From Lama guanicoe (taxonomy: Eukaryota), in assembly GCA_013239625.1 (NCBI GenBank), contig MU054323.1:13563950-13627949 (forward strand): 64,000 nucleotides of DNA. Reading direction: 5' to 3'. Made by a program: the position numbers and the translations under genes. The notes beneath the pieces were generated by a model. It was not told where the DNA came from and did not search any database. It saw only the letters and a list, made by a program, of their open reading frames with translations. Every line of letters starts with the position of its first letter. Positions within the stretch are counted from its first letter, which is position 1. Shown piece by piece: positions 39,234-51,410 of the stretch.

Positions 39234-39811
39234 CAGAGGGAAGAGAAAGATTTTTTTCAAACACTCAGGCAGATATGTGTAACTTCTCTTAATATCAGTT
39301 TTGCACAAGGACAAGTTCATCATATAATTCACTAAGCTCTCTTTCTCTGGAGACCTTCCTTGAAGCTGTACCCTTCCTGTCCCCATGTCTAGGCCTGTTG
39401 CACCGCCATCCTCTGAGATTATTCTGTCACCCTTTTGGATCCCTGTTTCATGGACACTAAGTCTCTCTGTTGCTCCGTTTACTTTGGTGAAGAACATTCT
39501 TCAGCCTGTCTGAAATATTTTACATTTACTCTTATACTTGATAAATACTTTGACTAAGTATAGAAAGCTCGGTTAAAGGTAATTTCCCTAATAATTTTAA
39601 AAACATTGCTTCCAGATTCCGTCATTGTATTTGAGAAGGCAAATTTAGTCATTCTAATTTCCAAACCTTTATAAGTGACCTTTTTCTCACACCCACACAC
39701 ACACACAATTTCACAATGGTGTACTTTGTGGCTCTTTTCTCATTCCCTGGTCTGGCTCTTAGTAGCCTTTTTCTAGTCTCTGAATTTTCCTTCTTTATGA
39801 ATGACGGTTCT

Positions 39812-40760
39812 CTTTTTTTTTTTTTTTTGATTATGGTAAAATACACATAATATAAAATTTACCATCTTAACCGTTTTTAAGTGTAGTGTTCAGTATCAGG
39901 TACAATCACATTGTGTAAGCATCACCACTTTCCATCCACAGAACTCTTCAACTTGCAAACTGGAACTCTGTGCCCATTCAGGAGTACTGCCCACTCCCCA
40001 CTCCCCTCAGCCCCTGTCAACTACCATTCTATTTTATATGTCTATAATTTTGACTGTTCTAGGTACCTCATTATACTAGGCAGGGTTCTCTGGATAAACA
40101 GGACCAACAGTGTGTGTATGCTAGAGTGAGACTGAGAGAGAATTTTATTTTAAGGAGTTAGCTCACAGGAGTATGCCGGCTGACAAGGACAGGTGGTGGG
40201 AGTTGCGGGGAGGAATTGATGTTGCCGTTTGAGTTTGAAGGTAGCCTGGAGACAGAATTCCCTCTTCTTGGGAGGAAGTTAGTCCTTGTCCTCTTAAGGC
40301 CTTCAACTGATGGGTTGAGGCCTACCCACATTATGGTAGGTTTAATCTCATCTGAAAAATACCTTCACAGCAACATCCAGACTTACCGAATATCTGGGTA
40401 CTATGGTGTAGCCAAATTGATGTATACAATTAACCATTAATATCATATAGGTAGAATCATACAATATTTATCTTTTTGCATCTAGCTTATTTTACTTAGT
40501 ATTATCAGAGTTCTTCCATGTTGTAGCATGTGTCAGAATTTCCTTCCTTTTTAAGGCTCAGTAATATTTCTTTGTATGTATATACCACATTTTGTTCATC
40601 CATTTGTTGACTTGGGTTGCTTCCATTTTATGACTGTTGTGAATACTGCTGCTGTGAACCTGGATGTACCAATATCTCTTCAAGTCTCTCCTTTTAATTC
40701 TTTTGGGGTATATACCTAGAGGTGGAATTGCTGAATCATATGGCTTTCACTTGTTTTTAA
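39812..40760 (-). mobile_element. Old L1M 3' end interrupted by an MLT2 LTR
   Basis: Poly-T then AAAATTTACCATCTTAACC; the L1 text AGGTACCTCAT resumes at ~40443 (TCATATAGGTAGAATCATACAA). Confidence 0.8.
40072..40440 (-). mobile_element. MLT2-family (ERVL) LTR nested in L1
   Basis: CAGGGTTCTCTGGATAAACAGGACCAACAG...TAGCCAAATTGATGTATACAATTAACCAT. Confidence 0.75.
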
Positions 40761-42811
40761 TTTTGAAATCCTATTAGGAGGATATTAGAACGCTCAGATT
40801 GATTTTCTAATTTTCTTATCTGTTTTTATCCTCCCGTTTGACTTTCGTTTTTATTCGACTTTTTGAAACTTTTCCTTTATCATGGTTTAAAAATCTTCCC
40901 ATCTAGTTTTCTTTTCTTTCTTCTTCCATCCCTCCCTCCCTTCCTCTCTTCCTTGCCCTTCAGCTGTATCTCTTACGTTGAACAAATACAGCCTTGGAAT
41001 CAGGAAGCAATTTTATTTTTGTCTGCTACTCTCCTTTTATTATTTTGTGGGGCTAGTTTTTTCTTTGCCCTTGAATGAAATTTAAGGTCATTCCCATAAC
41101 TCTTTTCATCATTTTCAGATAACCAAAGATGCTTTCCAGTCCCATCTCATAGTTAAATGTTTAACCTTGAATTAAAGTTAAATCTTTCTTTCTCCAGCTT
41201 AGATTGCTGCAGATGGGACATTCGAAGTTAAGAGAGAGAGAGTATAGTCACTTCTTTCCTCTTTTATACCTGGCACTTTTATTCCTTCTCCCCTGTTATT
41301 CTAATCACATTTTCTGATCTCCATCCCCTCCAGGGTAGGAATTCTATGAAGGATAGAAGAAGAAGGAGAGACCTGTCCGTGATGACAGTAGGGTCAAGGT
41401 GTGTGGTTTATTGTAGGTAATACTTTCCTATATGCTTTTATGAGAAAACAATCATTATTATTATTTTTAAAGTTAAGTAGTTTATATTTTTACAACCTCA
41501 TTAACAGATATAAAATGTTAGTGTTTGCTGTAACATAATACATCATTTCAGTGATATTGAAGCTTTTTTTGAGAACCCTTGCACAGAATCTCCACAACCC
41601 CACCTGTCTCCAGCAGGGCTGACCTCATCCACATCCTCCAGTTTGTGCCCACTTCTGTTTCACTAGTAACAGGCTATACTGGAATCATCTGTTTGCTTGT
41701 CTGATTCCCTTCCAGACTGCAAGCTCCTTGAAGGGCCTCATTATCTCTCCAGTGCCTGGATTATAGTGTTATTAAGGAAATTTCCATCAAATTGAACAGA
41801 ATTCAAAGGGTCAAAGATTCAGCAAAAGAATCCCCCAAAGTGAGTGCTGATTCCAGTAGAGAGGCTGTTTGTCTTTTTGGGAAGCAATATCTCCCACCCT
41901 TGATTATGAGCTCAGGTCCCATCCTTTCCTCCTGCTTCAGTGAATAAGGGAGAGGGCTGATGATTTTTTTCTACTTTACGCTCAGGACAACAGTGCCAAG
42001 AACATTTTCCTCCTAATAAGGACATTCTGATTACAATGACCATGCTTAGATACCTAAAGCATTGCTGGACTCTGACCTCCAGATACCCAGGGAATTACCA
42101 AAATTGTGAAAAAAAAAATCAGTCATGAAAAAAGATAATGAGGTAGGCTTGTTTGTAAATATTTGGTTCACCTTTCTGAGAGACAAATCTTTAAGCTATA
42201 AAAATGTACTGTATGTTTTATGGGTTTTATCTTCCTTCATAGCTTTATAAAATGAGAGCTTTATTGGTGTAGGCCCTCTGTGTGAAATAAATGATAAGCA
42301 GATGATCATTTTATTTCATGGTTGAGACAAGATGTGCTAGGCTTTATTGTACCTAATTCCCCCACTGAAAGGAGAGTTTTAAAGTGCACAGCAGTTAATT
42401 CTCTTTGGCAGATATGAGTTATAAACAGGTTTTCATCTGCTTTCTCTCCTTATTAAATTAGAAAATTTCAGTGATTATGGGTTTTTATTTCTCTTGTGGG
42501 GAACTTGCAAATAACTTTTTATATCCATCTTTCCTATTTTTTCAATGCAGTTGCAGTGTTACCTGGAGTGACCTGGGATACAGTATTAATTAGTTTCAGC
42601 ATCTCACTACTACTGGTATAAATGGCTTTTTTGGCTTAGAATAGAAAGATTAGCCATCCTCACTGTTGTCAAAACAGTGATTCCTGATCACCTCAACCAA
42701 AAAAGTCCTCTTCCGTCTTGGTACTATTCTCTATCACTCTTTGTCTGCACTTAGTACATAAAGCTTCTTTACCAGGAAGACCTGTATCATAATATGGCTG
42801 TTTCCCACTCT

Positions 42812-43346
42812 TTTTTTTTTTTTAAATTTTAATTTTAATTTTTATTTTTTTTTACATTTTTTTACATTTTTTATTGATTCATAATCATTTTACAGTGTTG
42901 TGTCAAATTCCAGTGTTCAGCACAATTTTTCACTCATTCATGGACATATACCCACTCATTGTCACATTTTTTTCTCTGTGATTTATCATAACATTTTGTG
43001 TATATTTCCCTGTGCTATACAGTGTAATCTTGTTTATCTATTCTACAGTTTTGAAACCTCAGTCTATCCCTTCCCACCCTCTACCCCGCCCCCCACCCCG
43101 GTAACCACAAGTCTGTATTCTCTGTCCATGAGTCTATTTCTGTCCTGTATTTATGCTTTTTGTTTGTTTGTTTGTTTTTGTTTTTTAGATTCCACATATG
43201 AGCGATCTCATATGGTATTTTTTTTTCTCTTTCTGGCTTACTTCACTTAGAATGACATTCTCTAGGACCATCCATGTTGCTGCAAATGGCATTATGTTGT
43301 CGGTTTTTATGGCTGAATAGTATTCCATTGTATAAATATACCACAT
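42812..43346 (-). mobile_element. Young 5'-truncated L1 3' end with a perfect TSD
   Basis: TSD TGTTTCCCACTCT at 42799-42811 and 43347-43359; T-rich tail. Confidence 0.92.
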
Positions 43347-44544
43347 TGTTTCCCACTCTATCCCTTCTGTCTCTACGGATAGGACTGCCTAACTGTGACT
43401 GGTATAGAATAGAAAATTGATTTTACTTGTCAGACCATGTCTGACAAATAGTTTTGACTTTATGGAGCCTTGAGCCTAGATGATGAGGCCACATCTAGAC
43501 TCAATATGAAACAATGCTGCAGTTGGTTAAAGATGCTTTCCCAGGTTCAGGAGTGGGATACTGGTCACTGTTCACATTACTAGGTTACATAAGTGTGGGG
43601 AGAAGGGATGTGGAGACCACCTTTGAATTCGTGAATTTTTGGACAGGTAACATTCCATAGGAGTGCTATTGAGTCCAAAGGGTACCCATTAGGAATGGGC
43701 TTCAGTTTTACTGACAGGTAGCCTCATTTCTCCCTTCTGAATTTCTTTAAGCCATCTCCACTTTCCTAGTCAGAAACACTCAAATTGAGTAGAAGAATAT
43801 ATAGCCGTGTTTGGAAACTTTTCATAAGAAATGTTTTAGAGGAAAAGAGGCCCGCATATAATGGGCTACCTCATGGAAAAAGCCTCCATTTCATGTTGAA
43901 CGATACTATGAAGTGGGCAGTCCAGTGAACACAAGCTGCCAAAAGGTCTGGCCCCGTCTTACTTTCTAAAAGGCCTTTTCTTCCTAAAAGAAAGGGGAGG
44001 TAGTTGGGTTAGGAAGAGAGGGAAGGTATGCATTAGAAAAACAGGAGGATTGGTTTAAACCTACTACGTTTGTGAGTTTTTATTTTTTATTTTGATTTCT
44101 TAGAGAAGCTTTGGTTATGTACTAAACAGAGAAATCCAAAGCAGGTATGACCTGTTTATTTTAGTTTCATAAACCATTGCTCACAGATGGAAAAACTTTG
44201 TTTACTTGCTGGCTTGTGACCCCCTCTTTCACTGTTTTATACTTCACTGACTAGCTCAAATTTTCCATTCTCTTCCTAGTCTTTATTTTATGCTTTTTCT
44301 TTTTCTTCCTCCTTTTCCTAGAATGCCCTCTCTCTATCTGCCTGCTTTTCAAGCTGCTCTTTCCTTGGTGTATCTGCTTGCATGTTACAATTTAGCTCAG
44401 GGATTGCCTTATCTGGGTTGCTTCCTTGTTTCTCATTACGGCAAATGTTGGTTGCTTCCACATAATCCTCCCTTCTTTCCAATAAACAGCACTCTGACTT
44501 TTTTAACATCGGGGTGGTTGGGCCTCTTATGGACCCAGAGGCTG

Positions 44545-44995
44545 AATCTTGCTTGGCTGCTTTAAGCCAGTAGTAATAATTCTGTTTCTCTTACCAGTGA
44601 CTGTTTAGAAATAATTAAGTGACACAATTCTGATTACCAACATGTAAGGGAAAGTCTGCTGGGAGCTTCTGGGAAGGTGTATCTCACTCTTCAAAAGGGA
44701 TAGTCTCTCTCCTAGTCTATAGATGTTGCTGGTGGGGAAGTGACATGTGGAACTATGGTGGCCACCTTGTGATCGTGGGGGACAGACCTGAGGGCAAAGG
44801 CTAATAGGAAATTGGAGGAACGGAAAGATGAAAATAATTGGAATCCTGAAGATGCCACTGAGTTGCTGACTTAACCACCCTGGAACTGTCCTTTTTGCAT
44901 ATTCCTTGATATGTAGGATAATAAATCCCTTTATTTGTAGAATCCAGCTTAAATTGGGTTTTCTCTTTGCAACTGAAATCATCTTTACTAATACC
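44545..44995 (+). mobile_element. Old MLT1 (J/K-like) LTR
   Basis: GTCTGCTGGGAGCTTCTGGGAAGG...GGCCACCTTGTGATC...TTGCAACTGAAATCATC. Confidence 0.6.
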
Positions 44996-45054
44996 CACCA
45001 TACCCCTCATCTGTACTTCCTTTAGGACCTTGTGCAATTTACTGTCATGCTTTC

Positions 45055-46144
45055 ATTTTTAAAAATAGCTTTGTTGAGGCATAATTTATATGCCATAAAG
45101 GTCGTGCATTTGAAGTATGCAATTTGGTGGTTTTTAGTATATTCACTGAGTTGAGCAACTATCACTACTGTCTGATTTTAGAACATTTTGTCACTCCCCA
45201 GAATGAACTCTGTCCCATTGGAAATCTCATCCACACCCCGCCAGTTCTAGGCAATCATTAATTTATTTTCTGACTCTCTGGATTTGCCTATTGTGGCTAT
45301 CTCATGCAACTTGAATCAAATGATGTATCTTTCATAGCTGTCTTCTTTCACTAACCATAATGTTTAAGGTTCCAGGTTATAGCATGTATTAGTTCTTCAT
45401 TTACCAAAAGTTGATGACCATTTGAGTTGTTTCCACTTTTTGGCTAATTTGAATAATGCACATTTGTGAGCACATTTTTGTGTGGACATGTGTTTTCATT
45501 TCTCTTACATATATAATTAGGAATAGAATTGCTGGATCATATGTGATGTTATGTTTAACATTTTGAGGAACTGCCAGTCTGTTTTCCAAAGTGGCTGCAC
45601 CATTATACAATCCCTCTAGCAGTGGAGGAGGATTCCAGTTTCTCCACATCCTCGCCAACGCTTATTGTCTTTTTTTCTCTCCCCAGGTCATATTTTATCT
45701 TATTTTTTGCCTTAAAAAAATTACAATGTTGTATTACTTTCTGGTGTACAGCATAGCGATTCAGTTTCTACACACACACACACATTTTTCATTACAGGTT
45801 ACTACCAGCCATTGAATATAGTTTCCTGTGCTATATTGTAGGACCTTGTTGTTTATCTGTTCTGTACATCTTAGTTTGTATAAGCCAATCCCAAATTCCT
45901 GACTTGTCTCTCCCTCCCTCCTTTCTCCTTGGTAGCCATAAGTTTTTTTTCTATGTCTATGGGTCTCTTCTGGTTTTGTAAAGAAATTTGTATCATTTTT
46001 TTTAGATTCCACATAATAAGTGATATGATATTTATCTTTCTCTGACTGACTTAACTTCATTTAGTATGGTAATCTCCATGTCCATCCACATTGCTACAAA
46101 TGACATTATTTCATTCCTTTTTATGGCTGAGTAGTGTTGCCTTG

Positions 46145-46193
<49 letters not shown>

Positions 46194-46400
46194 CACACCC
46201 ACCCACCACATCTTCTTTATCCATTCATCTGTTGATGGAAATTTGGGTTGCTTCCATGTCTTGGCTGTTGTAAAATGTGCTGCTTGTCTGGTTTTTTTGG
46301 TTTGTTTTTTTAAATTTTAGTATCGTAGTGAGTGTGAAGTGGTACCTCATGATTTTGATTTGCATTTCACTGATGGCTAATGATGTTGAGTGTCTTTTCT
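45055..46400 (-). mobile_element. Nested L1s: an old L1M with a younger L1 3' end (~45690-46275) inserted
   Basis: Antisense L1 3' motifs; the older element resumes at ~46320 (GTGAAGTGGTACCTCATGATTTTGATTTGCATTTC). Confidence 0.8.
46151..46192. repeat. (CA)21 microsatellite
   Basis: Direct reading. Confidence 0.97.
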
Positions 46401-46840
46401 ATCATACTGTTTTAGTTACCTGTTTCTGTGCCAGTCATCAATGCCTACTGTGTGCTGAGTATATAAATAAGTACAGGTACATGAATGGACCTGAATCAAA
46501 CTTAATTATAAATTGAATATATAAATATAATACTCATCTCGGACCATTCTTATGAGGACCAAACAGTGGTTCACAGCTTGTACTTCAGAGTAAATCAATT
46601 TAGATTCTAATCCAGATTAGATTCTCTCTCTCTTAATATCTCTAACTTTTTATATTGCTTAATGTTTCTTAGCTTTAGTTTCTTCATCTGCAAAGGGAGG
46701 AAAAGGTTATCCATACTATTGTGAGGATTAAATGAGAAAATGCAAAAAAAATTTTTTTTGGAAGAAAAATTTTGAGTAGTGCCTGGCACATATTCACTGA
46801 AAGAGAGGCAGCTCTTCCTTAGTAAATAAATGTTGGTCTC

Positions 46841-47247
46841 TGTGGTATATTGTGCAGTGCCCCACTTGAATCCCCTTTACCCATCCCCCTGCTCTGTGAA
46901 GATTGGCTTCTTATGACTTACTTCTTTCCCCTTTCTTCAGAGCATTGCCCTGGCAGAGTATTGTTAAGGGACTTAGTTCTGCATAGCCCACTAACCCCCA
47001 AAGCACATAGCCAGCGATTGACTGAGTGTCCACACAGAAGGTTCTTGGGTATGATTTCTGTTCCAGAGCGCTCTCGCTATGGATCAAGCCAAAGTCCATC
47101 TTTGCCTGAGACCACGTTCTTGCTTGCTCTTTCCTTTCCAGCTTCACTCCTAGCCTTGTGTGCTTTTTCTGAGCACATTCCTTCAACCAATCACATTCAC
47201 CCAAAACTCATTCTTGGACTCTGCTCCTCTGAAGCCTGCCCAAAGCA
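46841..47247 (+). mobile_element. LTR16-like ERVL LTR
   Basis: Starts TGTGG; ends CTCATTCTTGGACTCTGCTCCTCTGAAGCCTGCCCAAAGCA. Confidence 0.55.
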
Positions 47248-48589
47248 GTCCCCTTGCCCATTGCAGTCCCCTTGCCCATCACCTTAGTGCTCCTCCTCCA
47301 GAACCCCCTTCTTTCACCATCACTCCCTTTTTCCTTATCAGCCCCCCATCAGGTCCTCACCCATCTTCTGCCCAGAGAAGGGGAGAAACAAGTTATCATA
47401 GTGTGAAAGAGATAGAAATAATAAAAAGAAGCAGGAAATGGGGGAAAGAAAAGAAGGTTTGAAGAGCTGAGGAAGTGTAAGAGAAAGAAATGTAGCCATG
47501 CATAGAGGGAGGATGAGTAAAATAAATTCAACAACAATAACAAAATCTGTGGCTCTGGTATGACAGGAGAAAATTCTTATTTACAGCCCTCTCACAAACT
47601 CCTTCCTAAGAAGGTTGTATCCTAAAAATGTATTTTTGTTTTAAGAGGTTAGCCGATGCATGTGAAGATGAGAGGCAGACAGGAAATAAATCACTTGGCA
47701 TAAAATAGGAAGACTGGAGTGGCAGGGAGGCTGCAGGGTGGGGAGGGGAGGGAGGGGAAAAATGATGTGGTTGATGACTGATGGGATTAAAACAGATCTT
47801 TAAAGGTGATTTTATTTTAAGGAAGTTTTTTTTGTTGTTGGTTTTGTTTTGTTTTTAACCATAGGTGTTCATTGTAAAACAACCTTCTAGCTGTCTCCAA
47901 GAAATAATTAATAAACATCCATTTCTCAACACTGCTTGGTGGGGGTGGCTTGATTTATTTTTGGGACAGTGATTTCTGTTGCAGAAGCAGATTTAGGGGT
48001 GGGAAGAGGGACTGTCCCCAGGGAGCCAGTCTCCTGGGGGTCACAGCGTTACCCCGTCCTGCTTATAAAGGTACATTCTGAGAAAAAGAAGATAAATTGG
48101 GAGCTTGTGCATATGTACTTTTTTTTTTAATGGAAATTATTCACTAAAATAGAGCCAGGAGAGAGGAGGATGAAGACAAGGAGGCAAGGGGCAATGCAGT
48201 AAAAGTCCCCCAAGCAAATCCTTGTGTTTCTTTGAGTTACTCCAAGAAACCAGAATATTTCTGTGAATGAAGATTCTGGTATTGTTGCATGACTTGTGTC
48301 CTATTTCTGGGGCCTTTACTGATTTTAGTGGCTTCTAAGTAATTAACTTTTTTTGTTTGTTTTCACCATGATTTCTTGCCTCATTGTACACCAGCATGAG
48401 GCATCTGTCCTCATAGTTCTGGAAGAATCCTGCAGATTCAGGAAGAAAGGAGGAGAGGGGCATGAGGACTGAGTCTGTTTCTTGTAGAAAGCTTTCCTGC
48501 AGCACCATTTAGTGTCTTTTGTTTCTATCTTGTAGATGAGAACTGGGTCCCCTCAGCCAGCCCTGGCTTCAAGGGGGTATTATTAGCCC

Positions 48590-49020
48590 AAAAGGTAAAG
48601 ACCCCAGTTCTTGTCAAACCTGAAAGATAAGTTTCCAGTTGGGAGATAGTGCGTTGTGTAGCAAAAGATTTTAAAGATTTATTTAGGAAAAAAAAGTATA
48701 TCTCTAAAAACAGGAGGTGGGCTGATTCAAGGGAGGAAAAGTGGCGGTTTTTGTCTCCCTTTTTTCTTACTACCCTGGCTTAGAGGTTGTCTTTGATTGA
48801 TTGACAGCCCTTATCCCTGGAATGATTAGTAATGTTTGGCCCCTTTTGTGCATGTCCTTACCCGTGGTGTATAAAGAAAAACCCATGGAGGGGTACCTAA
48901 ACTGCAGTGTTAATTATGATACAATGAACGTTGGGTCATGGCCGGTTAAGTCCTTTCTGCTACCGTGCAGTCATGGCTGTTGGGTTCTAACCTGTTTCTT
49001 GCTGGCATTCATTTAGAAGT
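48590..49020 (-). mobile_element. ERV1-type LTR
   Basis: AAAGATTTATTTAGG...GGAGGGTACCTAAACTGCAGTG...GGGTCATGGCCG, LTR-like antisense text. Confidence 0.5.
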
Positions 49021-50195
49021 AAAGTCCTTTTATGGTGGAGGTGGGCATAACGTCATCTTCCAGACCAACCTCACTCTCCTCCACCTGTCTGCCTGGTGCC
49101 CCCACTTACTTACTCATACTGTAAGGTAGTTAGACAAGTGTTGTGGGACACAACAGCAGCCAGTTGGTGACACAGTGACATGGGTTGGTAAAAGAATTTA
49201 CCAGAGATGAAGGAGGAAAATAGTAAAGGAGTTTAATAGGGGTATGCTGCCATAGACAACAGGTGGCCACACAGATAAGAGGTGCTTGTGTGAGCACCAA
49301 GGGCCAGTTGTTGGGATCTTTTATAAGAAGGGCACAAGATGCTTGCTCAGCTTGTGTGCAAGTCTGATTGGTTGTAGATGAGGTAAAGAGGTTTAGGGTC
49401 CATGAAGGGTGAGGTTTATGACTGATAAGGTGGGCTGAAGCAAGCCAGCCTGAGCTACTGTGAGATTAGGCATTACCTAGGGCTATTAGTTTGTAGGGGA
49501 AATACACCCAGTAAAGAATGTGCTTTGTATGCTGAGGAATCACCAGCAGACATCTGAGAGCCTAGAAATGGGGGTTGTTGGACTTTGAAGGATGTCATTT
49601 GGCCCCAAGCCAAGTATTTTAACTGTGCAGCCTCTTTGGTAGAGGATAGGTAGAGAAGCAAGATAAGAATGGCCTTTGAGTAGCCAGTCTATTCCATCTG
49701 CCAGAAAATGGTAAAAAAAAAAAAAGAAAAAAAAGAAAAAGTCATCAGGAAAATTAGTAAATGTGCCGTAACTGACTTAACCTAGCAAAGAATCTGCAGT
49801 CTAGGTGCCCTCAAGGAGGATTACCCTTGTCAAGAATAGGGAGCATTCCCACACACAGAAGGTTCAAGTCTCAGAATTTAGAACACTTAGGCACTATAAA
49901 GGTGGGGACATGGGGAAGAGCTGAAGAGAAGTCATTGTTGGAAATACATATAGTGAGCAAGCTGCCAAAGTTCCTTCTGACACCCTCTACACATATGGAA
50001 TAAGTTAGTTTCTGGAGACATTCTTTGAGACATTGTGAAAACCATGTGAAGCCTGAAACATGGGACCCTCATCCCTCTCCTCCCTGCATGATGCCAGAAT
50101 ACTGGATCCAGGGTAATATACCCGAGAAAAGAAATGGAAGGATTCTTCTACGGGGGAAATTAAGGACCCCAGAGAAAAGACTTATAGACACTGAC

Positions 50196-51410
50196 TTTTT
50201 TTTTTAAATTGAAATATAATCAGTTTACAGTGTTGTGTCAATTTCTGTTGTTAATAGTTCAGTCATATATATACATACGTATATTTGTTTTCATATTCTT
50301 TTTCATTATAGATCACTACAAGATATTGATTATTGTTCCCTACGCTATACAGTATAAATTTGTTTATTTATATATAATAGTTAGTATCTGCAAATCTCTG
50401 TTGCCTTACTGATTTTTTGTCTGAAAGACCTATTCAAATGATGTTAGTGGGGTGTTAGTCTCCTACTATTACTGTATTCCTATAAATTTCTCTCTTTATA
50501 TCTGTTAGTATTTGTTTTATATATTTAGGTGCTCCTATATTGGGTGCCTATACGTTAAAGTGTGTAATATCCTCATCTTGTATTGCTCCTTTGATCATTA
50601 TATTGTGTCCTTCTTTATCTGTCTTTATGGCCTTAGTTTTAAAATCTGTTTTGTCTGATACGAGTATTGCTATTCCTGCTTTCTTGTCGTTTCCATTTAC
50701 ATGAATTATGTTTTTCCATCCTCTCACTTTCAATCTGTGTGTGTCCTTCTCCCTAAGGTGGATCTCTTATATGCAGCATATTGTAGCTTCTTGTTTTATA
50801 ATCCAGTCTGCCACTCTGTCTTTTGATTGGAACATTTAGTCCATTGACATTTATGGTAATTATCGATAGATGTGTGTTTATTGCCATTTTCAACTTAGTT
50901 TTGCAGTTGATTTGGTATTTCCTCTTTGTTCCTTCTTTTTCTTTTTGTGGTTTGATAATTTTCTATTGTATTCTGATTTCTTTTTGGTTTTTGTGACTAT
51001 TGTATGCTTTTGACTTGTGGTTACCCTTTTTTTCAGGTATATTAACCCATTTCTATATCTGTTTGCTTTAAACTGATGGTCATATAAGCTCAAACACATC
51101 CTAAAAAGAATGAAAAAAAGACGAAAATATATTTTCTTGCTCCCCTCTCCTACCTTAAATGATTTTGATGATGTCTTTTACATCTTCATGTTTATTGTGT
51201 TGCAACTCATTGTTGCATAATTTCCAATTACGGTTTTCTTCTTTCTGTAGCATCCTGCTTCTTTTCTGTTTAGGGTAGACCTTTCAATATTTCTTTTAGC
51301 ATACGTTTAGTATCTGGCCATCTTGACCAGAAATTCTGTAGATGTAATTCTTCGTGTTTTTGTGGGAGAGGGCGAGCTGTGAGTCCCTCTATTCCGCCAT
51401 TTTGCCACTC
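50196..51410 (-). mobile_element. Internally deleted L1 (5' end, ORF1 tail, ORF2 endonuclease region, 3' end)
   Basis: ORF2 ATG at 50887 (MAINTHLSIITINVNGLN); ORF 50548..50733 is endonuclease-like (KKAGIAILVSDK); 5' motif AAAATGGCGGA near 51400. Confidence 0.85.
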
